Positions 29,210 to 39,279 of a stretch of DNA of 64,000 nt are shown one piece after another (position 1 is the stretch's first letter; each line of letters begins with the position of its first letter). The stretch is from the NCBI GenBank assembly GCA_977020255.1, contig CDROCS010003093.1:62001-126000 (forward strand), in the 5' to 3' direction. The notes below the pieces were generated by a model that made no database searches, was not told the origin of the DNA, and worked only from the letters and a program-made list of their open reading frames with translations. Position numbers and translations under genes: made by a program. This stretch comes from Obrimoposthia wandeli. Lineage: Eukaryota.

Positions 29210-29364
29210 TAGAGGTTGATGCCCAACTGCTGATTCTAGATTTACAGCATCTATCGAACATAAGATAAATGTAACCTGCGACAACAAACACTGATGCATA
29301 TCAAACTTACCAATCAATATTAGCGCTAGTATAGTTCAACTTTTACATTATTGAGGATTGATCA

Positions 29365-29481
29365 ATGAGTTCATGCTGCGGGGCCTGTGGTGGCCAAGAC
29401 GTAAAACCTGAAAAGCAAAACGATACGACTAAAGATACTGAGCAGGATGCTGCAACAAAAGCGAGTAGCGACCAAAAATAA
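29365..29481 (+). CDS. Unannotated 38-aa small protein with N-terminal CCGAC motif
   Basis: MSSCCGACGGQDVKPEKQNDTTKDTEQDAATKASSDQK*, with GAGGA 7 nt before the ATG. Too short for the ORF track. Confidence 0.65.
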   Translation: MSSCCGACGGQDVKPEKQNDTTKDTEQDAATKASSDQK

Positions 29482-29641
29482 CGGTAGAGATAATCTCAAA
29501 AAAGCCAGAGAAGCTTATTTTTTATTCAACGATAAGGAGCAAACTTCTCTTTTATTCAACGCATATGTAAATTCGAACTGCATTTAAGGTCAGTAACGCT
29601 CGCATTTCTTTGACTCATTAACAACGCTAATTTTTACCTGA

Positions 29642-30646
29642 CTATCCTTTCTTATAATACTCTTTATACCACTGCACAAAATTACTCATCCCCTGCTCAA
29701 TGCTGGTTTTCGGCTTAAAGCCAGTTAATGCGAAAAGTTTATCAATGTCTGCATACGTTCTTGGCACATCCCCTGCTTGCATGCCTAGCATTATTTTTTC
29801 AGCATTTTTACCTACCGCTTTCTCAATGGCTGCAATAAAATCGGCTAATTGAACAGGCTCGTTGTTACCTATGTTTAATATTCTAAATGGCGCACGCGCT
29901 GTAGCAGGAGATGATAGCGTGTCTTCTTTGTTTGCCTGAGGTGCTTTATCTTGAATGCGTAACACCCCCTCAACAATATCGTCGATATAGGTAAAGTCAC
30001 GCAGCATTTTTCCCTGATTAAAAACCTTGATTGGGCGATCATTCACTATCGCATCTGTAAACAGAAAAGGCGCCATATCAGGCCGCCCTAGTGGTCCATA
30101 TACTGTAAAAAATCGTAGTCCTGTAATAGGAATGTTGTATAAGTGTGAGTAACTGTGCGCCATTAGCTCATTAGATTTTTTTGTAGCAGCATACAAAGAT
30201 ACCGGATGATCAACCGCATCATCTTCATTAAAAGGAATCTTTTCATTCATACCATAAACTGAGCTAGAAGATGCAAATACTAAATGTTGTATTTTATTAT
30301 GTCGACACCCTTCCAGTATATTTCCCATACCGACTAAATTCGAGTCTATGTACGCCGCTGGATTTTCCAAGGAGTATCTTACTCCTGCTTGCGCTGCCAA
30401 ATGAATAACTCGATCAAAACCATGATCTGCAAATAGCTGGCTCATCTCTGCTCGATGAGAAATATCTAATCTGACAAAGCTGAATGATTTAAAGGGAGTA
30501 AGTAGTGCGAGCCTATCGCGTTTTAATTGCACATCGTAATAATCATTTAAATTATCAATACCCACAACCTCGTGGCCTACCTTACACAGTTGCTTAGCTA
30601 TTGCGCTACCAATAAAACCTGCGATCCCAGTCACCAAATATTTCAT
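29642..30646 (-). CDS. UDP-glucuronate 4-epimerase-like NAD-dependent epimerase
   Basis: VTGIAGFIG, HLAAQAGVRYS, ASSSSVYG, YAATKK, RFFTVYGP and RPDMA motifs. Confidence 0.92.
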   Translation of the reverse strand: MKYLVTGIAGFIGSAIAKQLCKVGHEVVGIDNLNDYYDVQLKRDRLALLTPFKSFSFVRLDISHRAEMSQLFADHGFDRVIHLAAQAGVRYSLENPAAYIDSNLVGMGNILEGCRHNKIQHLVFASSSSVYGMNEKIPFNEDDAVDHPVSLYAATKKSNELMAHSYSHLYNIPITGLRFFTVYGPLGRPDMAPFLFTDAIVNDRPIKVFNQGKMLRDFTYIDDIVEGVLRIQDKAPQANKEDTLSSPATARAPFRILNIGNNEPVQLADFIAAIEKAVGKNAEKIMLGMQAGDVPRTYADIDKLFALTGFKPKTSIEQGMSNFVQWYKEYYKKG

Positions 30647-30712
30647 ATTTTTCCTAACTCATTTTTAATGAACATGTACTAAACCTATAATATTGACATA
30701 CAATTTAATTGA

Positions 30713-30861
30713 GATGAATGAGGCGTAGCCTAAATCATCAAGGGTAAATTCCCCGTATCTGAAGGCGTAAACTTATTAGTATAAAAAGCCACTAGAATAC
30801 CCCCTTTCACGAGGTGAAGTCGAGCGAAGCAAAGTGAGAGCGCTTGCCCTGGTGATCTTTA
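30713..30861. repeat. Composite repeat: inverted solo array hairpin fused to a family C element
   Basis: GATGAATGAGGCGTAGCCTAAATCATC (30713-30739) is the reverse complement of the array core (TAC-loop form) with 1 mismatch. It overlaps a family C copy that carries an insert of about 48 bp relative to 4843-4914. Confidence 0.8.
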
Positions 30862-31209
30862 TTTCATTGTAACAATACTTTAAACACCTGCGTGTATCAT
30901 TTTTACTTTTGCATACAGAAGATAGAAGCAGTCATTCGTTTAAAAACGAACAAGCTCACACCGATAGAATGTCTTAAATATGCTTTGCTAAACACATACA
31001 CTCCTGTCATTATTCTACAAAGCAAACGAACATCAACATTTGTTCGCTCTAAGGTAATAATGTCTATACTTGTTTAGTTTCTGCTTGTATAACTCGTATT
31101 TAGCTAGGTTCCTTATACGTTTAACTATTATTTTAGAATCATAAAAAAACAATAATACGGCTTTCCTGCCTATAGTGCTGGAACTTTTGATGAAAGATAT
31201 TGACCTTCG

Positions 31210-33055
31210 ATGACGCCATTGGTGAAATAAAAAGAACCTCGCGGTCGAATTTCAAGTAAATGAATCCCAAATACGCGTAGTTAAAAATGTAAGCTTTTGC
31301 GTTCCCAAGGGAAAAACAGTAGCGATTGTTGGCGAATCAGGCTCGGGGAAATCGGTTACGGCGCAAGCCATTTTGGGCATATTGCCAAGCAATGGAAGTG
31401 TTGTTGACGGGCAAATTAATTATTCTAGAAACAACCAAATTATAGATATCGCGCAATTACAGCCACGCTGTAAAGCCATGCAAAGTTTGCGTGGCGACGA
31501 AATTAGCATAATTTTCCAAGAACCTATGGTTTCGCTCTCCCCTGTACATACTTTATTAGACCAAATAGGTGAAGCGCTCATATTACACCGCGATGTCAAT
31601 AAGCAACAAGTACGCGAAAAAGTCACTGAAATGCTCACCAAAACAGGTTTTCCTGATCCAGAGCGAGCACTTACCCAATACCCTTTCGAGTTATCAGGAG
31701 GCTTGCGTCAACGCGCTATGATTTCAATGGCGTTAATTTGCCAACCAGCACTATTAATTGCAGACGAGCCTACCACCGCATTAGATGTCACGATTCAAGC
31801 GCAAATTTTACAGCTAATCAAGTCGCTACAAGCTGAATTTGGTATGTCAGTATTACTCATTACTCATGATTTAGGTGTTGTCGCTAATATGGCTGATGAC
31901 GTGGTGGTTATGTTTAGAGGCGAAGTGGTTGAATGCGGCTCTATAAAGCAATTGTTTAACAACCCTCAGCACCCTTATTTAAAAGCGCTGTTTGCCGCCG
32001 TACCTCGCTTTGATATGCAAGCAGACGAGCGCCTTGTTTCTTTGCGCCCAGTCACACTTGATAGAGATAAACTCTCTAAAAAGCATATTCCTTGGACACA
32101 AGAGCAGCAACAGGCAGGACCACACCTAAGTATTCGAAAACTGTTTAGGGAATACACAACCCGCCACGGCAACTGGCAAAAACAAAGTAAAACGACGCAA
32201 GCGGTTGCCGATTTTTGTCTAGATATTAAAGTCGGAGAATCTTTTGGTCTCGTTGGTGAAAGCGGCTGTGGTAAGACAACGTTAGGCAAGCTACTGATGC
32301 AAGCATTGGTGCCAACAAGTGGCAAAATTATATACAATGACAGAGGCAATTTGGTCAATTTGTGTGAGCAAAATGATGCGCAAATGCGCAGCTTTAGGCC
32401 AAAAATGCAATTTGTATTCCAAGATCCTTTTAGCTCCTTAAGCCCAAGAATGACTATTCTTGATATATTACGAGAGCCTTTTATTATTCATAACATTGGC
32501 GATGACTGTTTTCAAACCCAGCGCGCACGCGAGCTCATGACAATGGTCGGTTTAGATGACCGCCTATTAAGCCGTTATCCTCATAGTTTTTCTGGTGGCC
32601 AGCGCCAGCGTATTAGTATTGCAAGAGCGCTCGCCCTAGAGCCTGATTTACTTATTCTTGATGAACCAGTTTCGGCTCTAGATGTGTCTGTTCAGGCGCA
32701 AATTCTCAATCTACTCAAAGATCTGCAACAACAGCTAGGCCTGACCTATATTTTTATTAGTCATAACTTAGCGGTAGTCGATTATATCGCTGATCGCATT
32801 GGCGTTATGTGCCAAGGTCAGTTGGTCGAAATAACCACGCGTGATAATTTATTTAAAAACTCTCAGCATCCGTATACTCACGCCCTACTCGCCGCTATCC
32901 CCTTCGCTGACCTAGACAACTTATTAGACACAACACAATTAGATAGATCCCATATGGTTCCTCACTGCTGGCCTGAACCTTACCGATTAGAAAAAGGTAA
33001 TTTAGGCGTCCTAAAAGAAATTGGTGAGCAGCATTTTGTGAGGGAGAGTCATTAA
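31210..33055 (+). CDS. Dual-domain oligopeptide/dipeptide-type ABC ATPase with apparent 5' frameshift
   Basis: The frame of track ORF 31373 is open back to 31226 and contains NLAVEF...GESGSGKS (Walker A) but no start codon. ATG 31210 (MTPLVK*) is one base out of frame. The second ATPase domain (GESGCGKT, FSGGQRQR) is intact. Confidence 0.8.
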
Positions 33056-34971
33056 TGAATAACCTTAAGTCTTATATTATAAGTTTGATAAGTGCTATTG
33101 GCATCCTTATTTACCCAAATGCTGCTTTAGCACAAAGCATTACTTCGATTAACGAAATACCTTATTTTGCAGAGCAAGTAGCGCAAGGAAAGTTGCCACC
33201 TGTGGCGCAGCGTCTACCACTTAACCCGGCGACCCCATCTTTTGCTGACAAACAACTAGGCGAATATGGCGGCCAAATTAGAATGTTAATGGGCAAAGCC
33301 AAAGACATTCGTATGATGGTCGTCTACGGCTACTCTCGCCTAGTAGGCTACGATAAGGATTTAAATCTTGCTCCAGATATACTTGAAAAGGTGGATATAG
33401 AAGACGGTCGTATTTTCACTTTACACATAAGGCCTGGACATCGCTGGTCTGATGGCGTTGAATTTAGCGCTGAAGACTTTAGGTTTTTTTGGCAAGACAA
33501 AGCAACTCACCCTGTTTTATCGCCTTACGGCCCTCCTCCAGCGATGCAACGCACTAAAGAAATACCGCGCTTTGAAGTGATTGATAAATATACTGTTCGC
33601 TATACTTGGAAAGTACCAAATCCTTATTTTTTACCCGCCTTAGCAGGACCTAGCCCTTTATTTATTTATATGCCTGCACATTATATGAAGCAATTTCATG
33701 CAGATCATGTGGACGCACAAACATTAGCTACCAAAGTAAAACAAGCTAAAAAGCGCAATTGGCGCGGCTTGTTTGTTAGCCAAGGGCGTCAATACAAGTT
33801 AACTAACCCTCAGCTGCCCACCTTACAACCTTGGGTAAATACCACTAAATCGCCTTCAGAGCGCTTTGTATTCAAGCGCAATCCTTATTTTCACCGAGTT
33901 GACCCAAGTGGTAAGCAACTCCCCTATGTTGATGAAGTGGTAATCAACATCTCTTCTAGTGGTTTAGTGCCGGCAAAAACTGGCTCTGGAGAATCAGACT
34001 TACAAGCGCGTTACTTGCGCCTAGACAACTTCACTTTCCTTAAAGCGGGAGAGAAAAATAACAATTTCAAAGTAAACCTATGGAGCACTGGACGCGGCGC
34101 ACATATCGCTCTTTACCCCAACATGACGGCAAAAGAGCCTAAATGGAGGAAATTACTGCAAAACGCAGATTTTAGACGCGCACTATCGCTTGGGGTGAAT
34201 AGAGAAGAGATAAATCATGTCATCTATTTTGGCCTAGCAACAGAGATGACTAACACTGTGCTACCGCAAAGCCCTTTGTATAAAAAGGAAAACGCTCGCT
34301 CTTACGCCCAATACGATCTAAGCTCAGCTAATAAGCTACTTGATACTATTGGTTTGCACAAAAAAAACGCCAGTGGCATTCGTTTATTTGAGGACGGATC
34401 ACCCGTAGAAATACTCGTCCAAACCGCTGGAGAAAGCACAGAAGAAACAGATGTATTAGCACTGGTTAAAGACAGTTGGCGCAAAATTGGCATCACTATG
34501 TACATTAAGCCTATCCAGCGTGAAGTATTGCGTGATCGGGTATTCGCAGGTGATGCGATCATGACAACTTGGTTTGGCTTACCCAATGGATTACCAGTAC
34601 CTCAAATGAGCCCTGAACAACTAGCCCCTACCCGCCAAGATCAATTTCAATGGTCCCAGTGGGGACGCTATCATGAAACCCATGAAGGTGAAGCACCTAG
34701 CCTTCCAAAAGTTCAAGAGCTGGTAAAGTTAAACGATGCTTGGTCAAAGGCGACTACAGATGTAGAAAAGCGCTTGATATGGGAGCGCATGTTAGACATT
34801 CACGCATCAGAAATTTATACCATCGGCTTGGTCAGTGGCGTATTGCAACCTGTTGTTGTGAATAAAGCTTTACGAAATGTACCTGAAAAAGCCTTTTACA
34901 ATTGGGACCCCGGTGCATTTTTTGGAATCTATAATATGCCTAGCTTTTGGTACCAAAGGGAGGAAAAATAA
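33055..34971 (+). CDS. ABC transporter substrate-binding protein, family 5
   Basis: Signal peptide, GKLPPVAQRLP, YGGQIR, HRWSDG..FSAED and DFRRALSLGVNREEI motifs. Confidence 0.92.
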   Translation: MNNLKSYIISLISAIGILIYPNAALAQSITSINEIPYFAEQVAQGKLPPVAQRLPLNPATPSFADKQLGEYGGQIRMLMGKAKDIRMMVVYGYSRLVGYDKDLNLAPDILEKVDIEDGRIFTLHIRPGHRWSDGVEFSAEDFRFFWQDKATHPVLSPYGPPPAMQRTKEIPRFEVIDKYTVRYTWKVPNPYFLPALAGPSPLFIYMPAHYMKQFHADHVDAQTLATKVKQAKKRNWRGLFVSQGRQYKLTNPQLPTLQPWVNTTKSPSERFVFKRNPYFHRVDPSGKQLPYVDEVVINISSSGLVPAKTGSGESDLQARYLRLDNFTFLKAGEKNNNFKVNLWSTGRGAHIALYPNMTAKEPKWRKLLQNADFRRALSLGVNREEINHVIYFGLATEMTNTVLPQSPLYKKENARSYAQYDLSSANKLLDTIGLHKKNASGIRLFEDGSPVEILVQTAGESTEETDVLALVKDSWRKIGITMYIKPIQREVLRDRVFAGDAIMTTWFGLPNGLPVPQMSPEQLAPTRQDQFQWSQWGRYHETHEGEAPSLPKVQELVKLNDAWSKATTDVEKRLIWERMLDIHASEIYTIGLVSGVLQPVVVNKALRNVPEKAFYNWDPGAFFGIYNMPSFWYQREEK

Positions 34972-35969
34972 TGCCGATGTACATATTTAAACGTACCTTG
35001 ACCATGATTCCAACTTTAATCATTATCAGTATTTTAGTTTTTATCATCATTCAATTGCCACCTGGAGATTATTTAGAAAGCCATATAGCTGAGCTACAGA
35101 GCCAAGGCGAGAGTGTTGATCCGCAAAAAATAGAATTTTTACGCCACGAATACGGCTTGGATAAATCTATTTGGGAGCAATATTTTGTCTGGGTTAGCGG
35201 CTTTGTTCAAGGAGATTTAGGCTTCTCATTTGAATACAACTTACCGGTAGCTGAAGTAGTTGGCGATAAAATGTGGCTAACCATACTTGTCTCTTTCTTT
35301 ACTATTATTGTCACTTGGCTCATTGCTTTTCCTATAGGGATGTATTCTGCAACCCATCCCTATAGCTGGGGAGATTACGGACTTACTTTCCTAGGCTTTC
35401 TTGGGCTTGCTACCCCTAACTTTTTATTGGCACTCGTAATGCTGTACTTAGCAAACCAATACTTTGGCACCTCAATTGGTGGCTTAATGGATAGCAAGTA
35501 TATAAACCAGCCTTGGAGCTGGGAAAAGTTTAAATCAGTTCTCGAGCACTTGTGGATTCCGGTAGTCGTTATTGGAACCTCCGGCACAGCAGGTATGATA
35601 CGTAGACTGCGTGCTAATTTACTCGATGAATTACGTAAACCTTACGTAGTAACCGCCAGAGCGAAAGGCTTAGGTGAGTTTAAACTGCTAACCAAGTATC
35701 CATTGCGCCTTTCTTTAAACTTTTTTATATCAGATATAGGCAGTTTATTACCGACCGTTATATCTGGCGCCGAAGTAGTCGCTGTGGTTTTATCCCTGCC
35801 AACCACTGGTCCAATTTTGCTATCAGCCCTGCAGAGCCAAGATATGTATTTAGCAGGCTCGTTTTTAATGTTTTTAGCTATCTTAACAGTCGTTGGGGTA
35901 CTTGTTTCTGACATTGCGCTAGCCATGCTAGATCCGCGAATAAGGCTGCAAGGGGGGATGAAAAAATGA
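34971..35969 (+). CDS. ABC transporter permease (DppB/OppB-like)
   Basis: QLPPGDY, GDLGFSF and EAA-like YVVTARAKGL motifs. Start is ATG 34971, which overlaps the SBP stop (TAATG). Confidence 0.92.
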   Translation: MPMYIFKRTLTMIPTLIIISILVFIIIQLPPGDYLESHIAELQSQGESVDPQKIEFLRHEYGLDKSIWEQYFVWVSGFVQGDLGFSFEYNLPVAEVVGDKMWLTILVSFFTIIVTWLIAFPIGMYSATHPYSWGDYGLTFLGFLGLATPNFLLALVMLYLANQYFGTSIGGLMDSKYINQPWSWEKFKSVLEHLWIPVVVIGTSGTAGMIRRLRANLLDELRKPYVVTARAKGLGEFKLLTKYPLRLSLNFFISDIGSLLPTVISGAEVVAVVLSLPTTGPILLSALQSQDMYLAGSFLMFLAILTVVGVLVSDIALAMLDPRIRLQGGMKK

Positions 35970-37111
35970 ATAAGCATTGGGTCAGCGACGAACCTTTTAA
36001 CCCTTACGCGACCGATGAGCTAACCCCTGCTCAAGAGAAGTACTTTCTCGCATCGCAATGGACGCTCATTTGGTGGAAATTTAAAAAGCATAAATTAGCG
36101 GTATTCTCTGGGGTACTACTGTTTGTGATTTATTTTATTTCCATGTTCGCAGAATTCTTTGCCCCTTATGCGCTTGAAACTAGGCATACGCAAAAAATTT
36201 ACTCACCGCCACAACAAGTACATTTTTTTGAAGACGGCAAACTCACGCGCCCATTTGTGTACGATTGGTATTACAAATTAAATTTAGAAAAACTAATTCG
36301 AGATTACGACGAAGACCAAAACCGAAAATATGAACTGCAATTTTTCTGTAAAGGTGACAGTTACGAGTTGTGGGGAATGCTTGAATCATCGACTCATTTG
36401 GTTTGTGTCGACAGCCCCGGTACTTTGTTCTTATTAGGTACTGATCGCCTCGGGCACGACATGCTATCTCGCATTATCTATGGCGCGCGTATATCTTTAA
36501 CGATTGGTTTGCTCGGTATAATTTTAAGTTTTTCCTTAGGTATTACGCTAGGAGGCCTAGCAGGATTTTATGGCGGCTGGATAGACAGTAGTGTACAAAG
36601 AGTGACTGAAATCATTCGCTCTTTTCCTGAATTACCGTTGTGGATGGCTCTTTCAGCACTGCTTCCACTAAGCTGGAGCCCCTTGTGGATTTTCTTTGGC
36701 ATTACCCTTATTTTAGCCATGATGGACTGGACAGGCCTCGCTAGGGCCGTAAGAGCTAAAATACTCTCACTACGTGAAGAGGATTACACTTCCGCTGCTC
36801 TTTTAATGGGTGCGACCCCTGCTCGAGTGATTAAAAAGCACATGTTACCGAGCTTTTTCAGTCACTTGATTGCCTCAGCTTCGCTCTCAATACCTGCGAT
36901 GATCTTAGGTGAAACTGCCCTATCATTCTTAGGTTTAGGCTTGCGCCCGCCTATTACCAGCTGGGGCGTACTGTTAAATGAAGCGCAAAATATCAATAAC
37001 GTGGCAGTATACCCTTGGTTGATGCTACCGGTTGTGCCGGTAATACTTGTGATTCTCGCCTTTAACTTTTTAGGTGATGGCTTACGTGATGCTGCAGACC
37101 CTTACACTTAA
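35966..37111 (+). CDS. ABC transporter permease (DppC/OppC-like)
   Basis: LGTDRLGHDMLSRIIYGARISL, SLREEDYTSAA and GDGLRDAADPY motifs. Confidence 0.92.
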   Translation: MNKHWVSDEPFNPYATDELTPAQEKYFLASQWTLIWWKFKKHKLAVFSGVLLFVIYFISMFAEFFAPYALETRHTQKIYSPPQQVHFFEDGKLTRPFVYDWYYKLNLEKLIRDYDEDQNRKYELQFFCKGDSYELWGMLESSTHLVCVDSPGTLFLLGTDRLGHDMLSRIIYGARISLTIGLLGIILSFSLGITLGGLAGFYGGWIDSSVQRVTEIIRSFPELPLWMALSALLPLSWSPLWIFFGITLILAMMDWTGLARAVRAKILSLREEDYTSAALLMGATPARVIKKHMLPSFFSHLIASASLSIPAMILGETALSFLGLGLRPPITSWGVLLNEAQNINNVAVYPWLMLPVVPVILVILAFNFLGDGLRDAADPYT

Positions 37112-37132
37112 ATCATAATGCTAGGAGCCAAC

Positions 37133-37762
37133 ATGAGCTTTGATACATGGCTAGTTTTTATATTTACGTTATATGCAGTGTCTATAACCCCGGGGCCTAG
37201 CATGGTTTTAGCCTTAACTCACGGCATGCAATACGGGGCTAAAGCAACGATCGCTACCGCATCTGGTAATACACTTGCCTCGTGTATACAGGCATTAATT
37301 TCCATTGCAGGGCTGGGGATAATTATAGCGACATCGGGCACAGTATTTATGCTAATTAAATACTTAGGAGCGCTCTACCTGGTTTATCTAGGTGTCATGT
37401 TATGGCGTAGCCCCGCTTGGGAGATTCAAAAAAACTCCAGTACACAGGTTAAACAAAAAGCACCGCTACGAAAAATGTTCAACCAAGGTTTTGTGATCGC
37501 TATCGGCAACCCTAAAGCCATTGTGTTTTTTACAGCACTGTTCCCGCAATTCCTTAGTGAACAAAGTTCTAGCCTATCTCATTATGTACTAATGATGTCA
37601 TTAACTTGCAGCTGTGCATTTATTTGCGCCATGCTTTATGCCGTTAGCGGAAATCAGATTGCTAAACTATTTAAAACCACCAACATCAGTCGTTTTATCA
37701 ATAAAATCACAGGTGGTTTTTTTGTAACTGGTGGCTTAGGTATTATGTTATCTGCTAGGTAG
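37133..37762 (+). CDS. LysE/RhtB family exporter
   Basis: TPGPSM, GALYLVYLG and GNPKAIVFF motifs. Its stop TAG is the first three bases of the MITE at 37760. Confidence 0.88.
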   Translation: MSFDTWLVFIFTLYAVSITPGPSMVLALTHGMQYGAKATIATASGNTLASCIQALISIAGLGIIIATSGTVFMLIKYLGALYLVYLGVMLWRSPAWEIQKNSSTQVKQKAPLRKMFNQGFVIAIGNPKAIVFFTALFPQFLSEQSSSLSHYVLMMSLTCSCAFICAMLYAVSGNQIAKLFKTTNISRFINKITGGFFVTGGLGIMLSAR

Positions 37763-37842
37763 TGCTCGTCCAAAAAAGCGGCCCTTGTGAGGCTGGACCA
37801 GTGGAGCAACCGCAGTAGGCAACTGTTTCTGGATGAACACAA
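37760..37842. mobile_element. MITE family B, internally deleted ~83-bp form
   Basis: The left arm resembles the 61-bp form. The right arm CCGCAGTAGGCAACTGTTTCTGGATG is the reverse complement of the left arm of 52319-52481. Confidence 0.78.
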
Positions 37843-38481
37843 GACAACTTGATTGATCGTTTTGGATCAAATACTAACTAACCTGTTTTGAAACAATTAT
37901 TTAAATTACCTACATAATTTTTCACCTTACAATACAGTACAAGCCAGGCATAAAGAAACCAGCTTAAACTTAACTGCAAGTACCATCAAATCTAGCATCA
38001 AACACAAAATGGACTTGCATTTGAGCTTTAAAAAAGTTTCAATGCGAGTCATATTTTGTAAATTATTTTATACTTAAAACACTTTTTAAGTATAAATGTA
38101 AGTTCTATCCGAACTAACGGGGCTCTCGTAAAGAGTAGTAAGTGCAGATAATAAAGCAAAAATGTGAATACAACCCAATCTATATATTCCTGTTTATGAG
38201 TTATAGAAATGAGTTTGTTGGACCAATTTTCACGCCCATTATCAAATGCGCATAATTTTACGACACCCTTGTAAAGGGATATTAATATTAGTTTAAATTT
38301 ACTAGAACAGCTCGCTTCACAATGGATGACAAGCCTAAGCAGGCTTGCCTTGAGAATTTATGCAACTCTAGTGTTTTGTAATATCCATAATAATAAAGGC
38401 ACACGCTCTGCTTTTACATAGTACGTCCCCATAAGGGATGTAAAAGCAACACGAGGGCGTAGCCACTAAGGAGATTATTTC

Positions 38482-39279
38482 TTGATCAAAGTCGATGCTA
38501 TTTCCAAGCATTTTGGCGGTGTTCGAGCCATCGATAATGTGAGCTTTGAAATCAAAAAGGGCTCTATTACCGGTTTAATTGGCCCTAACGGCGCTGGCAA
38601 AACCACGATGTTCAATACTATTGCCGGCCTGCACAAGCCAACTCACGGTCGTATCTTACTCGATGGAGAAGATATGAGCGGCTTGAATCCTCACCAGCTT
38701 TTCAGCAAAGGTCTATTGAGGACCTTCCAACTAGCACATGAATTTTCGACCATGACTGTGATTGAAAATTTAATGATGGTTCCACCTAATCAATTGGGTG
38801 AGAGCTTAGCTAATACCTGGTTTCGCCGCGCAGCAATTAGAGCGCAAGAGCGTGAGATTCGTCAAAAAGCTGATGAAGTTATAGAGTTCCTAAAAATCAG
38901 CCACGTCGCGCATGAACTAGCGGGCAATCTCTCAGGTGGCCAAAAGAAACTACTAGAGCTGGGCCGTACCATGATGGTAGATGCCAAGATAGTATTACTT
39001 GATGAGGTGGGCGCAGGCGTTAACCGTACTTTGCTTGGAGAAATCGGCGATGCCATTATTAAGCTCAATAAAGAGCGTAATTACACTTTTTGCATGATCG
39101 AGCACGACATGGATTTTATCTCCAGATTGTGTGACCCCGTTATTGTAATGGCTGATGGTAAATTACTTGCTCAAGGTACTGCTGAGGAAGTGACCAATAA
39201 CGAAACAGTGATTGAAGCGTATTTAGGCACAGGGCTTAAAAACAAAGAGCTAAACACTGCCAACGGAGGTAAGTCATGA
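38482..39279 (+). CDS. livG: Branched-chain amino acid-type ABC ATPase (LivG-like)
   Basis: GPNGAGKT, LSGGQKKLLE and LLDEVGAG motifs. Confidence 0.88.
   Translation: MIKVDAISKHFGGVRAIDNVSFEIKKGSITGLIGPNGAGKTTMFNTIAGLHKPTHGRILLDGEDMSGLNPHQLFSKGLLRTFQLAHEFSTMTVIENLMMVPPNQLGESLANTWFRRAAIRAQEREIRQKADEVIEFLKISHVAHELAGNLSGGQKKLLELGRTMMVDAKIVLLDEVGAGVNRTLLGEIGDAIIKLNKERNYTFCMIEHDMDFISRLCDPVIVMADGKLLAQGTAEEVTNNETVIEAYLGTGLKNKELNTANGGKS

Noticed and set aside
29515-29565. 12-bp direct repeat TTTTATTCAACG
   Set aside because: Short, AT-rich, and within a probable terminator region; could be chance.
30892-31077. 61-aa ORF upstream of the ABC ATPase
   Set aside because: No RBS or motif, AT-rich intergenic composition, and not in frame with the ATPase.
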